From NCBI GenBank assembly GCA_002898295.1, contig BEHX01000001.1:115790-179789 (forward strand): a stretch of 64,000 bases of DNA, written 5' to 3'. The notes beneath the pieces were generated by a model that saw nothing but the letters and a program-made list of their open reading frames with translations, did no database searches and was not told the origin of the DNA. Position 1 is the stretch's first letter. The number at the start of each line of letters is the position of its first letter. The stretch is from a bacterium HR21. GTDB taxonomy: Bacteria; Bacteroidota; Ignavibacteria; Kapaibacteriales; HRBIN21. This document shows, piece after piece, positions 39,101-49,319 of the stretch. Made by a program: the position numbers and the translations under genes.

Positions 39101-42100
39101 TGGCCACCGGACGCCCCTCATCGTCGGTGCCATCCCACCAGATTTCGTGGTACCCTGGGGCGGTCGGCAGCCCGGTCCCGCCGCGCAAGAAGCCAAAAGC
39201 TTCCGTCGGGGAGGAGGTCGGGAAGACCATACGCCGGATTGAACGCCCGGAAGCGGTGTAAAAGCGGACTTCAATCTCATCCACGTTACTGGCACCCAGC
39301 AGCTCGTAGGCGATAAACATCTCCTCGGCAAACGGGTTGGGAAAGGTGCCCAGGAGACGCAGCTCTAGCGTTGTGGAAACTTCCACCTGGATGCAGGTGC
39401 GTTCGCTCGTGTTCCCGTTGCAGTCGGTGAGTGTCGCACAGATGATGTGGGTCCCACTTTCCAACCGCGGACGGTAGCTGATGCTGGCAGCCGTTGGGGT
39501 CTGCGCGGTATCCAGTACGGCGTACTGACTTGCTGGGACGGGCTGCCCGTTGAGTGTCAGCTGGATCGAGCCGGTGTCGGTGGCAATTCCGTTTTCATCA
39601 ACGCCGACGATGCCAATGCGGGGGTATGCCGAGAGGACCGTCCGCGTCGGCAGAGAGCGCCCTTCTGCCGTAAGTCGGACCTGCGGTGGGCGCCGGTCTG
39701 TTGTTACTCCTACGGCGAAGACCCCGGGCAGAGTCACTTCAGCGGTGAGCACTCCCGGGCTGAGCTCGGAGCTAGGTAAACGCTGCCACAGGTCTAGCCG
39801 GGAGTGCTTCCGGTAGAGTGCCGGGGTCCCACGCTGGAGGGAACTATCCTGGCGGTCATACCAGAGCTGCAAGGTTGCGCGAAGTGGCTGCGCAGTGGTG
39901 ATGGCAAGAGCGCGTGAGCTATCGGCAAGGCGGAGGAGGAAGACATCGGGCTGGACCGTGCGGGCAGAATCCAGCACCTGCAAGCAGAGGAGCACAGGGG
40001 TTGAGGGAGCCGCTGCCGCGGGGACTTCCACCACGGCAATCCCAGGGACGCCCACGGCGGTAGCCTGTACCCCGTCTGGAGTTGTCCCCAGCCCCGGCAT
40101 GACGGCAAAGCATCCAAGCAGCAGGCTGTCTTCGGCAGCGTTGTTTGCCTGGATGCGGTCCCCACCGGTGGAGAGAGTGTCGCTGAGTACCTCAAGCCGG
40201 AGCCAACGAGGACGGAGCGCCGGGGGAGGACGGAGGAGCCAGTCCGTGAAGCCGTTTCCTGGGATATCCAGCCGCTGCGCTGCCAGCAGTTGGAGCCCGC
40301 CGCCGGGTTGCCGTTGCCAGAGCCGAGCAAGAACTGCCCCCGCGGGCGTCTCCGACCAGTTGTAAAGGCGCGCCTGAAGCTGTGCCCCTTGCCCGGTGAC
40401 AACCATCCGCAGCCAGGGTAGAGCTGTCCGGAGACTGTCCCCGGCGAGGGGAAGCAGTACGGCTGGGTCGGCAATCCCGGGGACACGGAAAGTGGCAAGC
40501 CACGAGCTGACGCTCTGCCCAGTGGAGAGTGTCACTGTGAAAAGCACGCGGAATTCCGCACCGGCAACCACGGATGCTGCGGGAACCGGAGGCTGGGTCT
40601 GGTAGAGCTCCGGAGCAACAAGCTGGCACGGCAGAGTCCCTAACGAAGAGAGCGTTCCATCGGGCAGGAGTACGCTCACCGTTGCCGTCACTGTCTGGAC
40701 CGGAGTACGGCTGCGGACGCTGATGCGGAATGCCAGAGGCTGTCCCGGTACGGGGGGCGAAGGATTCGACTGGATTTCTCCAAGCAGGACAGCCCCGGTG
40801 CTCAGTGTCACACCACCGCTGAGGGCGCGGGTGCCATCGGCGGAGACGACGTAGAGACGCACGGAGAGCCGCGAGCCGGTGTAGGTGGCAGGGATGCGGA
40901 CCGACCAGCGGAGCCTCGTGCCTGAAAGCGACACCACCTGCTCACTTCCCGGCAGATCGTTCCCGCGCTCGTCAGTGAGCAGGAGGCGGGCAGTGCCGGA
41001 GCCGAACGGGAGTACTGCCTGCACGGTGAGAGAGTCGCCGGGATATGCCGTTGCCGGCTCAGCCTCCAGCCTGAGGGTATCGGGAGGCAGCCGGAGAAGC
41101 ATTGCTGGATCGCCCAGGAGGGTGGACTGCAGCAGCATGGAGAGAACAATCTCGTTTTGCAGCCCGTACGCTCGGGCAGCGTAGAGGAGCTTGCCACCGC
41201 GGAAGACGTCGCCCAAACGCTGTTCCGTACCCGTTGGACGGGTCAGCACCTCCAGGAGGGCGGTGGAAAGCAGGAAGCTATTCTCCAGCCAGCCGTAACC
41301 GGAATTGCCCCAGGCTGCCACGGCGCCGCGCCGAGGAGCAATGACAAGGCTGGTGAGCAACCCGCGGCGGTAGACCTGCTGCTCGAAAGCCCCGGTAAAG
41401 CATGTCAGGCTGGAGACAATCGGGTAGCGCCCTCGATTTTGGAGGAGCTCCACATCCTCATCGCGGAGGAGTCCGGCGTCTTCCCAAATGCCGCCTCCGC
41501 CGTGCCCGAGGAAGTTGACCACAGCGGCTCCCTCGGCGAAGAGTTGGAGCAGCTCGCTGGTGTGCCCGGAATACGGTGTGCCAGGGGCAACGTAGAGACG
41601 CCGCTGGGAAATCCCTGGTGGCAGGCGCTCGGCAAGGAGTTCGGTCTGCTGCTGAAAGCCGTTGAGCCCTGCCAGGAGCAGGACTCGGGGGTGAAAGTAC
41701 TCGGTGGCGTAGCGCCCTTCGTGTTCTTCCAGCTTGGAGATCACGGCGTCAGCCTCTGCGAGGGTTTCAGCCGGAATGCGCCCGATGGCAATTTCCGCAA
41801 AGGGATCGTCAGTCAGCGCTCCTGTTGGGGTCTGATACGTTCCTTCAACGCAGCCGTAGGGGTAGTCGGTCGGTGTCATGCCCCAGCGCCGGGTCTGCCA
41901 GAGCTGTGGCGGAAGGGGACGAGCAGATCCGAGCAGCAAGACGTAGCGCGGGGGAACGCTCCAGGTATGCCATGCGTACCGGAGGAAACGGCGGAGAGCT
42001 TCCCGGGAGGCAATGCCGTAGTTGAATTCGTCGTAGATGTCTTCGATGTCTACCGCCATTGCACGCAAGCCCTGGCGCTGGCGGAGCTGCAGCAGGCGCT

Positions 42101-43958
42101 GTACCGGATGGGTCGGTGAGACAGCTTCGGGTGTTTGCCGATCCCAGAGCCCCTTGTGGGTGATGAGCAGATAGTCGGCAGCGTTTGCAGGATTGACAAG
42201 ATCGGACGGGAAGTCTCGCACCAGGCGCCGAGGGGTCCGGACACTGTCGGCTGCAATGGCGTAGAAGAGCTCCTCGGGCGAGGCAACGTAACTCTGGAAG
42301 CGGACTGTGTAGCGGACTCCGCCGAACGGGAGCGTCACTCGTTCGAGGCTGAAATTGACAATTCGGGAGACTCCGTAGCGGAAGAGCAAGATGTTCGGGG
42401 TCCGGAAGCCTTCAAGGGCAAATGTATACAGTCCCGGTGGGGAGCCTTCGGGGGTGCGAAAGAGCAGCTCGTCATCGGTTGCGACGTAGAGCCGGGGATA
42501 GCGAATGCGGACCCAGTTGAGGAAGAAGCTCGGGGCACGGTCGGCCGCCTCTGGGCAGTCGAAGATGTTCGCAACGGTCAGGGTGCTGCTGTCAGCCTCG
42601 GCAAGGAGGGAAGCGGGGATAGGCGCAATCTGGTCCCGAGGGGAACGCACCAGGAACGGACGCGCATCGGACCAGGAAGCGCGCAGGATCCGCCGTCGGT
42701 TGAGGTAAATCTCGGCAGTGTACGGCGGAATTGGGCACGGCAGAGGGCGTGCCAAGGCGCCACAGAGCATGACTTCAACCTCGACCGGGTCAGGTGCCAG
42801 GAGCGCCGGTGCAGGAAGCCGAATAGGTACCGTGACACTCGTGTTGGCAGGTACGCGTGCCCAGAAGAGCTGGTCCCCACGGAAGCTCGGCAGCAGGAGA
42901 TCGCGGTCCAGCTCTTCGACCGCACCGAAGCGCTCTTCGAGGCGGTTTTCCTCCACGATGACCGTGCTGAGGAAGGCCCTGCCGCGCAGGTCTACCATCC
43001 GTCGAGGGTCGCTGATACGGATGTCCCCGGATTCTTCCACCATCCGCTGCCCTTTGCCCGGAGCCCAGGTCAGGACGTAGACGTTTTCGTCGGTCTCCGG
43101 GTCGCGGTACATGTCGCCGTAGGGGTTCTGGAAGCTAACTCGGTTGGCTTCTGCGAAGAACGCCAGGTAGTCCGGGTCAGGGGGATAGTCGTCCAATCGT
43201 CCGTTGTTGTTGCGGTCGTAGACGTAGAGGGGGATTTCACGCCCACGGTTCCACAAGCGGAAGGATTCTACCGGGATCGTTGCAAGCGGTATACCGAGCT
43301 CCTGCAGCTGGCGAGCGGTGACCCTGTAGAGCCCATCCCGATCCACGATGAGCTTGTACTGATAGCCGTCAGGTGCTGTTGGGATGCGGTGAGGTTCTCC
43401 CTGCAGGAGCTCTCTCCCTGCCGTGCTGCGGGCGGATGCTGGCACGGAGGATGGCTCAATGACGGGAATACCTGCCGAGAAGGGAACAGGGCTGCGGAAA
43501 CGGACGCGAAACTCCCGGGCGATGCGCACGCGGTGTCTCTCGGTATCCAGGGTGTAGGGGAAAAGTTGGAGCGCTGCGATGGAGTGCTCGCCCGTGCTAC
43601 CCAGCGGGAGGAGGCGTGCCAGCGGAGGATCCTCCGGACGGCACTCGGTACAGCGGCGCTGGGCAAGCGGAGCTTCAAGCGGCAGCTCTTGCCAGCGCAG
43701 TACTTCAGTGGAAAGCTCCGTCTGCGGCGGGAGGCGCAACAGGAGCGCAAAGCCATAGAGGGCTCGATCAGGCAGAGCAAATGCCCAGCGGGAAAGCGGT
43801 GGCAGTTGCCGCATGCCGTCTGCTGTGGGAACGAAGCTCGGGGCATCGAGCTGGACGGTCAGTACCAGCTCGCCGGTACTGGAGCGCTCCCAGGAGGTGC
43901 GGAGTTCTTCGCCGACAGCACTTCCGACAGCGAGGAGGAAGAAAACGCCCCAGAGCAT
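39018..43958 (-). CDS. porU: T9SS C-terminal signal peptidase/sortase PorU (peptidase C25 family), unusually long at 1646 aa
   Basis: Signal peptide MLWGVFFLLAVGSAVG. Gingipain-like catalytic His (VNFLGHGGGG) and Cys (SSLTCFTGAF) motifs. C-terminal Por_Secre_tail-like domain. Conserved porU-porV adjacency. Confidence 0.8.
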   Translation of the reverse strand: MLWGVFFLLAVGSAVGEELRTSWERSSTGELVLTVQLDAPSFVPTADGMRQLPPLSRWAFALPDRALYGFALLLRLPPQTELSTEVLRWQELPLEAPLAQRRCTECRPEDPPLARLLPLGSTGEHSIAALQLFPYTLDTERHRVRIAREFRVRFRSPVPFSAGIPVIEPSSVPASARSTAGRELLQGEPHRIPTAPDGYQYKLIVDRDGLYRVTARQLQELGIPLATIPVESFRLWNRGREIPLYVYDRNNNGRLDDYPPDPDYLAFFAEANRVSFQNPYGDMYRDPETDENVYVLTWAPGKGQRMVEESGDIRISDPRRMVDLRGRAFLSTVIVEENRLEERFGAVEELDRDLLLPSFRGDQLFWARVPANTSVTVPIRLPAPALLAPDPVEVEVMLCGALARPLPCPIPPYTAEIYLNRRRILRASWSDARPFLVRSPRDQIAPIPASLLAEADSSTLTVANIFDCPEAADRAPSFFLNWVRIRYPRLYVATDDELLFRTPEGSPPGLYTFALEGFRTPNILLFRYGVSRIVNFSLERVTLPFGGVRYTVRFQSYVASPEELFYAIAADSVRTPRRLVRDFPSDLVNPANAADYLLITHKGLWDRQTPEAVSPTHPVQRLLQLRQRQGLRAMAVDIEDIYDEFNYGIASREALRRFLRYAWHTWSVPPRYVLLLGSARPLPPQLWQTRRWGMTPTDYPYGCVEGTYQTPTGALTDDPFAEIAIGRIPAETLAEADAVISKLEEHEGRYATEYFHPRVLLLAGLNGFQQQTELLAERLPPGISQRRLYVAPGTPYSGHTSELLQLFAEGAAVVNFLGHGGGGIWEDAGLLRDEDVELLQNRGRYPIVSSLTCFTGAFEQQVYRRGLLTSLVIAPRRGAVAAWGNSGYGWLENSFLLSTALLEVLTRPTGTEQRLGDVFRGGKLLYAARAYGLQNEIVLSMLLQSTLLGDPAMLLRLPPDTLRLEAEPATAYPGDSLTVQAVLPFGSGTARLLLTDERGNDLPGSEQVVSLSGTRLRWSVRIPATYTGSRLSVRLYVVSADGTRALSGGVTLSTGAVLLGEIQSNPSPPVPGQPLAFRISVRSRTPVQTVTATVSVLLPDGTLSSLGTLPCQLVAPELYQTQPPVPAASVVAGAEFRVLFTVTLSTGQSVSSWLATFRVPGIADPAVLLPLAGDSLRTALPWLRMVVTGQGAQLQARLYNWSETPAGAVLARLWQRQPGGGLQLLAAQRLDIPGNGFTDWLLRPPPALRPRWLRLEVLSDTLSTGGDRIQANNAAEDSLLLGCFAVMPGLGTTPDGVQATAVGVPGIAVVEVPAAAAPSTPVLLCLQVLDSARTVQPDVFLLRLADSSRALAITTAQPLRATLQLWYDRQDSSLQRGTPALYRKHSRLDLWQRLPSSELSPGVLTAEVTLPGVFAVGVTTDRRPPQVRLTAEGRSLPTRTVLSAYPRIGIVGVDENGIATDTGSIQLTLNGQPVPASQYAVLDTAQTPTAASISYRPRLESGTHIICATLTDCNGNTSERTCIQVEVSTTLELRLLGTFPNPFAEEMFIAYELLGASNVDEIEVRFYTASGRSIRRMVFPTSSPTEAFGFLRGGTGLPTAPGYHEIWWDGTDDEGRPVANGVYFYRVRVRAGETVIERRGSVARVR

Positions 43959-44007
43959 TCCCGCAGGACGCCGCAGCTGGATGGCAGGACAGCTTACCGG
44001 ACGCAAA

Positions 44008-44667
44008 TTACGGCGAGCGGTTACCACGGGCGGCGCTCTCGTGCCGGAATTCTGCGTAGAGCCAGAGCAGTTCTGCCAGGATCATTGCAGTGGCTCCCCA
44101 CAGGGGGACAGGGGAGGAAAGCCGCCACAGCGGGACATACAGCAGGCGCCCGTCCCGGGACCAGGTTTCCATCTGCGGCGGGTGTTGAGCCAGCTCGTCG
44201 AGCGATAGAAGCCGTAGCTCCTCGACCTCTTCAGGGTTGAGTCGGAACTCCTCCGGCGGAGACAGCGCAGCGATCACCGGGATGACAGCCGCATGCGATG
44301 CCGGCACATACAGCGGAGTTGCTCGTCCGAGAAGCTCTACCTGATCGGGAACAATGCCGATTTCTTCTGTCGCCTCCCGGACAGCAGCCTCTTCGGGTGC
44401 CTCCCCAGCATGGAGCATTCCGCCGGGGAAGCTCCACTCACCCCGATGATGCAGGAGCCGGGAGCTCCGAAGGGTGAGCAGACATGTCGGAGAGGGTACG
44501 TTCCGCAAGAAAGCAACCAGAACAGCTGCGGGGCGGCTTCCAGGAGGAGGGGTAAGCGGACGCTGGCGACCCGGTGCGTGTGGCATGAGCCGCTGGTGAG
44601 CTGCATGCCCCGGTAGAGGCTCCTGCAGCCGACGACGGAGAAAGCTAACCCACGCGTGCTCGTCCAT
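44008..44667 (-). CDS. NUDIX hydrolase, CoA pyrophosphatase-like (NudL)
   Basis: Nudix box (GEWSFPGG...EAAVREATEEIG). The N-terminal FLRRRLQ segment fits the NudL N-terminus. An alternative upstream start is at 44757. Confidence 0.7.
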   Translation of the reverse strand: MDEHAWVSFLRRRLQEPLPGHAAHQRLMPHAPGRQRPLTPPPGSRPAAVLVAFLRNVPSPTCLLTLRSSRLLHHRGEWSFPGGMLHAGEAPEEAAVREATEEIGIVPDQVELLGRATPLYVPASHAAVIPVIAALSPPEEFRLNPEEVEELRLLSLDELAQHPPQMETWSRDGRLLYVPLWRLSSPVPLWGATAMILAELLWLYAEFRHESAARGNRSP

Positions 44668-44771
44668 GATATTGACGACAGCATAGCCAAAGACGAAGAC
44701 GGGAGCCGCTTCTGGCTGCTCACGGAGGTACGCCGTAGTTTTGCTCTTCGGTAGCATGGGGAGTCGCCGAC

Positions 44772-46382
44772 ATGTACCTCCTTCTCTGGGTGGTGGCATC
44801 GTGCTCTGCCTTGGCAGCTTGGTGCGGTGCCACGGTCAGTCCCGACACGCTCGACTTCGGCTCGTTGCCGCTCGGACGTGTACAGAGCCGGAGCCTCACC
44901 CTCACCAATGGTGGGAGCGGGGAGCTGGTGCTCCTGGGAGCGGACATCCGCCAGTGGGCGTGGGGTGGATTCGCCGTCGCGACTACGGTACCGCAGACGC
45001 TCCAGCCCGGAGAGAGCCTCTCGCTTGAGGTGAGGGCGCTCTTCGTGCATAACCTCCCCTGCCAGGGGATCCTGCTGCTACGGCTCCGGTGTGAAGAGGC
45101 AGAGTGGACATACCCGTGCCTGCTCCAGGCGCATCCGCAGGACCCTGATTCTGTGTACGCTCTCACCGACGGGCTCTGGGGCGAGGCACTCCGGCAGCGG
45201 CTACAGGAATTGGTACAGCAGCAGCGGGTTCTCCCCTACGATAGTGCGCGCCGTGCCATTTTCTTCGACGTGGATAATCGCGGCGGGAAGGTCGAGTGCG
45301 TCTACACCGGGCAAACCATTGCGGTCCCGCCGATGCCCTCACCGACAGTTTTCAACGTCGAGCATACCTGGCCGCGGAGCCGCGGCAGCGATACTCTCCC
45401 GCCGTTGAGCGATCTGCACCATCTTTTCCCAACCCGGGCAGAAGCGAACGAGCAACGCCGGGATTTGCGCTTCGGGCTTGTCCGTACCGTTCTCTGGCAG
45501 CTGGGCGGCTCTCGCTACGGGCTGGATTCGACCGGTGCGGAAGTCTTCGAGCCCCGCGATCGTCACAAAGGTGATGCTGCTCGTGCGCTTTTCTACGTAG
45601 CGCTCCGCTACGGGAACATGACCGGCTGGCTGACGGCGCCGTACGAGGCACTCCTCCGTCGCTGGCATGAGCAGGATACGGTGGATGAGTGGGAACGGGA
45701 GCGCACACACCGGATTGCCCGTCTTCAAGGGCGGGCGAATCCCTTTGTGGAGCGTCCGCAGCTGCTTGAGCGGCTCTCCCGCGTCGGTGGCACTGCAGCG
45801 TTTCCGGACATTGCGCAGCCTGTGCTCTCCGATACCGTGCTGGAGTACCGGGGAAGAGAGCCCTCGGCAGAGGTGCGGTTAGGGATTCTCAACCTCGGCT
45901 GGGGAGCAGCACAGCTGCGGGCACTCGACATACTCGAACTCCCTGCAGGGGTTGAAATCACGCCGCGTCTGCTCGATAGCCTCATTGCCCCTGGCAGGAC
46001 TGGTTGGGTTGTGGTACGGCTGCAGGGGATAGCGGGCTCGTCAGGGAATGTGCGGATGCGCCTTCGGTTTGCTGCTGGGGTCCGACCACTGGAGGTCGTG
46101 CTGCGGCTTACCCCGAGCGGCATTGCTTCCCCGTGGGCTATCAGGCTTGTGGAGGGAGATGAGCTTGTGGTGCATTGGGCAGGACCGGTGCCTGCGGACA
46201 TCCCACGGCTGACGGTATTCACCGTAGCAGGGCAGGCGCTGGCGTGCCCTGCCAGGTTCCGAGCGCTGGCGGACGGCTCTGTGGAAGTGCGCCTCCCGCG
46301 TGACAGGCTTCCCCGTGGACTGCTCCTGCTGCGTGTCAATGTTGGACAGCAGGTCTGGTGGACATGGAGGCTGAACCCGTAA
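44772..46382 (+). CDS. secreted endonuclease I family nuclease with T9SS C-terminal sorting domain
   Basis: Signal peptide. Endonuclease-I catalytic motif (NVEHTWPRSRG, the EHxWP motif). C-terminal ~90 aa with a Por_Secre_tail pattern (LTVFTVAGQ...GLLLLRVNVGQQVWWTWRL). Confidence 0.65.
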   Translation: MYLLLWVVASCSALAAWCGATVSPDTLDFGSLPLGRVQSRSLTLTNGGSGELVLLGADIRQWAWGGFAVATTVPQTLQPGESLSLEVRALFVHNLPCQGILLLRLRCEEAEWTYPCLLQAHPQDPDSVYALTDGLWGEALRQRLQELVQQQRVLPYDSARRAIFFDVDNRGGKVECVYTGQTIAVPPMPSPTVFNVEHTWPRSRGSDTLPPLSDLHHLFPTRAEANEQRRDLRFGLVRTVLWQLGGSRYGLDSTGAEVFEPRDRHKGDAARALFYVALRYGNMTGWLTAPYEALLRRWHEQDTVDEWERERTHRIARLQGRANPFVERPQLLERLSRVGGTAAFPDIAQPVLSDTVLEYRGREPSAEVRLGILNLGWGAAQLRALDILELPAGVEITPRLLDSLIAPGRTGWVVVRLQGIAGSSGNVRMRLRFAAGVRPLEVVLRLTPSGIASPWAIRLVEGDELVVHWAGPVPADIPRLTVFTVAGQALACPARFRALADGSVEVRLPRDRLPRGLLLLRVNVGQQVWWTWRLNP

Positions 46383-47128
46383 AGCCGGGAACGCTCTACG
46401 TGGTCGGTACCCCTATCGGGGACTTGGACGACATCACCCTCCGGGCACTTCGCGTGCTGAAGGGGTGCTCGGTGGTCTTCTGCGAGGAATTCAAGGTCGG
46501 TGCCCGGCTCCTGCGCGCCCATCGGATTGACAAGCCGCTGGAGACGCTCAACGAGCACAATGAGCCGGAGGCAACCGAACGGGTTCTTGCCTATTTGCGT
46601 CAGGGCAAGGATGTCGCGCTCATTTCCGATGCCGGCATGCCGCTCATTGCTGATCCGGGCTTGCTCCTTGTCCGGCGTGTGCTGCAGGAAGGGTTGCCAT
46701 TGGTCGTTGTCCCGGGACCGTCGAGCATCGTGACGGCGCTGGTTCGGAGCGGCTTTTCTACCGACCAATTCCTCTTCGCCGGGATGCTCAGTCGTAGACC
46801 CGAAGAGCGTCGCCGTCAGCTCCAGGCATTGGCAGAGGAGACCCGAACGGTGGTGTTGCTGGAGACACCGTACCGACTGCGGCAGCTCCTCAGCGACGCT
46901 GCTGCCATTATGCCCGAGCGCCGGGCATACGTGGGGTGCAATCTGACGCTGCCGTACGAAACGCACCACTACGGGACGTTCGCTCAGCTGTGGGAACGTT
47001 TCCGCCAGAGCCGCTTCCGAGGGGAATTCGTCCTCTGCTTCGAAGGACGGTCAGTACTCGAGCCGCACCGTGCTGTCCGGAAGGCTCGGACACCCTTCCC
47101 GAGACGGCAACGGAGGCGGCGGGTGTAA
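46358..47128 (+). CDS. rsmI: 16S rRNA (cytidine1402-2'-O)-methyltransferase
   Basis: Tetrapyrrole-methylase-fold motifs (LYVVGTPIGDLDDIT, ETPYRL). Confidence 0.85.
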   Translation: MDMEAEPVKPGTLYVVGTPIGDLDDITLRALRVLKGCSVVFCEEFKVGARLLRAHRIDKPLETLNEHNEPEATERVLAYLRQGKDVALISDAGMPLIADPGLLLVRRVLQEGLPLVVVPGPSSIVTALVRSGFSTDQFLFAGMLSRRPEERRRQLQALAEETRTVVLLETPYRLRQLLSDAAAIMPERRAYVGCNLTLPYETHHYGTFAQLWERFRQSRFRGEFVLCFEGRSVLEPHRAVRKARTPFPRRQRRRRV

Positions 47129-47159
47129 TTTTGTACGTGGTGCGGCACGGGAATCCACA

Positions 47160-49319
47160 ATGGCACGCATCCTCATCACAGCGGCTCTGCCTTATGCCAA
47201 CGGATACATCCATCTGGGGCACTGTGCTGGGGCATATCTGCCGGCGGATCTCTACGCACGCTACGCGCGGCTCCGAGGACATCAGGTGCTCTTCCTCTGC
47301 GGTTCTGACGAGCATGGCGCCCCGATCACCATCGCTGCGGAGCAAGAAGGGGTCTCTCCCCAGGAACTCGTTGAGCGGTATCACCGTGCCAATGCCGAGG
47401 CGTTTGCTCGTCTGGGCATGAGCTTCGACTACTACGGGCGTACGACCGATCCGCTGCACTATGAGTTTGCCCAGAGCTTTTTCCTGACCCTCCTCCAGCG
47501 GGGATACCTGGAACAACGGGAGGAAGAGCAGTTCTACGACCCGGATGTCGGGATATTCTTGCCGGATCGGTACGTGGAGGGCACCTGTCCGAACTGCGGC
47601 TACGAAGCTGCTCGCGGCGACCAGTGCGAGCGTTGCGGGGCTTACTACAACCAGTTGGAGTTGCGAAATCCTCGGAGCCGTATTACGGGCAAGCCTCCGG
47701 TGGTCCGCCGGACGGTGCACTGGTATTTCCTGCTGAGCCGTTTCCAGCATGCGCTCCAGGAGTACATCGAGGCGAAGAGCACCGAGTGGAAGGAGAACGT
47801 CGTGCAGCAGACCCGCAGTTGGCTCCGCCAAGGGCTCTCCGACCGCCCGATTACCCGCGACTTGGATTGGGGGGTGCCCGTGCCGCTGCCCGATGCCCGC
47901 GGGAAGGTGCTCTACGTCTGGTTTGAAGCCTTGCTGGGCTACATCTCTATTGCCCAGCGCTGGGCGCTCGAACGGGGCGAGCCGGAGCTCTGGCGTTGCT
48001 GGTGGCAGGAGCCAGAGACCCGCTACCTTGCCTTCATCGGCAAGGACAACATCGTGTTCCATACGCTCATGTTCCCCGCTATGCTGATGGCGCATGGCGG
48101 CTACATTCTGCCGGCAAATGTGCCGGCAAATGAGTTTCTCAACCTCGAAGGGCGGAAGTTCTCCAAGTCGCGCAACTGGAGCATCGACGTCCTGGAGTTC
48201 TTGTCCGATTTCCCCGAAGAACACGCCGTCGATGCACTGCGCTACACACTGGCGGCGAACCTCCCAGAGACGCGGGATGCGGACTTCACCTGGCAGGAAT
48301 TCGGCTCCCGTACCAATAACGAGCTGGTGGCAGCATTCGGGAATTTCGTCAATCGGACGCTGCAGTTTCTCCACCGCTACTGGGACGGGCGCATTCCGGA
48401 GCTTTCCCCCGAAGGTGAGGAGTTCCGTCGAGAGTGGGAGCAGTGTGCTGCAGAAGCCCGCAATGGGCGAGAACTCTCGCTCAGCCCGCGGTGGCGTGCA
48501 GAGGAGCGAGCCATTGTGGAGAGCCTCTTCCATGCCGTTGCCCGGATTGCTTCGCTCTATGAGCGCTTCCGCTTCCGCGATGCGGTTGCGGAGACAATGG
48601 CTCTGGCGCGGGCAGCGAACAAATTCTTCACCGATATGGCGCCGTGGCAGACAGTGGTGGAAGCACCAGAGCTTTGTGCCCGGACGCTCTACATCTGCGC
48701 TCAGCTCCTCCGGAGTTTCGCGGTGGTATTTGCTCCCGTGGTGCCCTTCGCAGCGCGCCGCCTCTGGGAGTTGCTGCAGTGTTCCCCGGCGGTGGGCGAT
48801 CCCGGGGAAAATGCTGCCGGCGAGGACTTCTGGCACCACGCACGTGTGCCGGCGTTGCCCTCTGGGCACCGACTCGGGGAGCCGCGGCTCCTTTTTGCGA
48901 AGTTGCCACCGGAACGCATTGAACGCCAACGACAGAAGTTGTACACCATGGCGCATGCTCCGATGGAAGCCTCTGCTGAGATTGCGGGCAATGCCTACGC
49001 GACGGTGGAGGACCTGCAGCGGCTCGGACTGCGGATCGGACGCATTGTGGCTGCCGAGCCAATTCCGGGAACGCAGAAGCTCCTACGCCTCCAGGTAGAG
49101 CTTGGGACAGAGGTGCGACAGATTGTTGCCGGTATTGCCCAGCGCTACCGCCCAGAGGAGTTGCTGGGACGAGCAATTGTTGTGGCAACGAATCTCAAGC
49201 CGGCGGTCATCCGCGGGGTGGAATCCCAGGGCATGCTCCTGGCAGCCACTGCCCCTGATGGAACCCCGGTCCTTTTGACCCCCGATGCCGAGGTGCCCAG
49301 CGGAGCAGAGGTGCGATGA
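47160..49319 (+). CDS. metG: methionine--tRNA ligase with C-terminal tRNA-binding domain
   Basis: HIGH motif (YANGYIHLGH), KMSKS motif (KFSKS), zinc knuckle (CPNCGYEAARGDQCERCG), and a Trbp111-like C-terminus. Confidence 0.9.
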   Translation: MARILITAALPYANGYIHLGHCAGAYLPADLYARYARLRGHQVLFLCGSDEHGAPITIAAEQEGVSPQELVERYHRANAEAFARLGMSFDYYGRTTDPLHYEFAQSFFLTLLQRGYLEQREEEQFYDPDVGIFLPDRYVEGTCPNCGYEAARGDQCERCGAYYNQLELRNPRSRITGKPPVVRRTVHWYFLLSRFQHALQEYIEAKSTEWKENVVQQTRSWLRQGLSDRPITRDLDWGVPVPLPDARGKVLYVWFEALLGYISIAQRWALERGEPELWRCWWQEPETRYLAFIGKDNIVFHTLMFPAMLMAHGGYILPANVPANEFLNLEGRKFSKSRNWSIDVLEFLSDFPEEHAVDALRYTLAANLPETRDADFTWQEFGSRTNNELVAAFGNFVNRTLQFLHRYWDGRIPELSPEGEEFRREWEQCAAEARNGRELSLSPRWRAEERAIVESLFHAVARIASLYERFRFRDAVAETMALARAANKFFTDMAPWQTVVEAPELCARTLYICAQLLRSFAVVFAPVVPFAARRLWELLQCSPAVGDPGENAAGEDFWHHARVPALPSGHRLGEPRLLFAKLPPERIERQRQKLYTMAHAPMEASAEIAGNAYATVEDLQRLGLRIGRIVAAEPIPGTQKLLRLQVELGTEVRQIVAGIAQRYRPEELLGRAIVVATNLKPAVIRGVESQGMLLAATAPDGTPVLLTPDAEVPSGAEVR

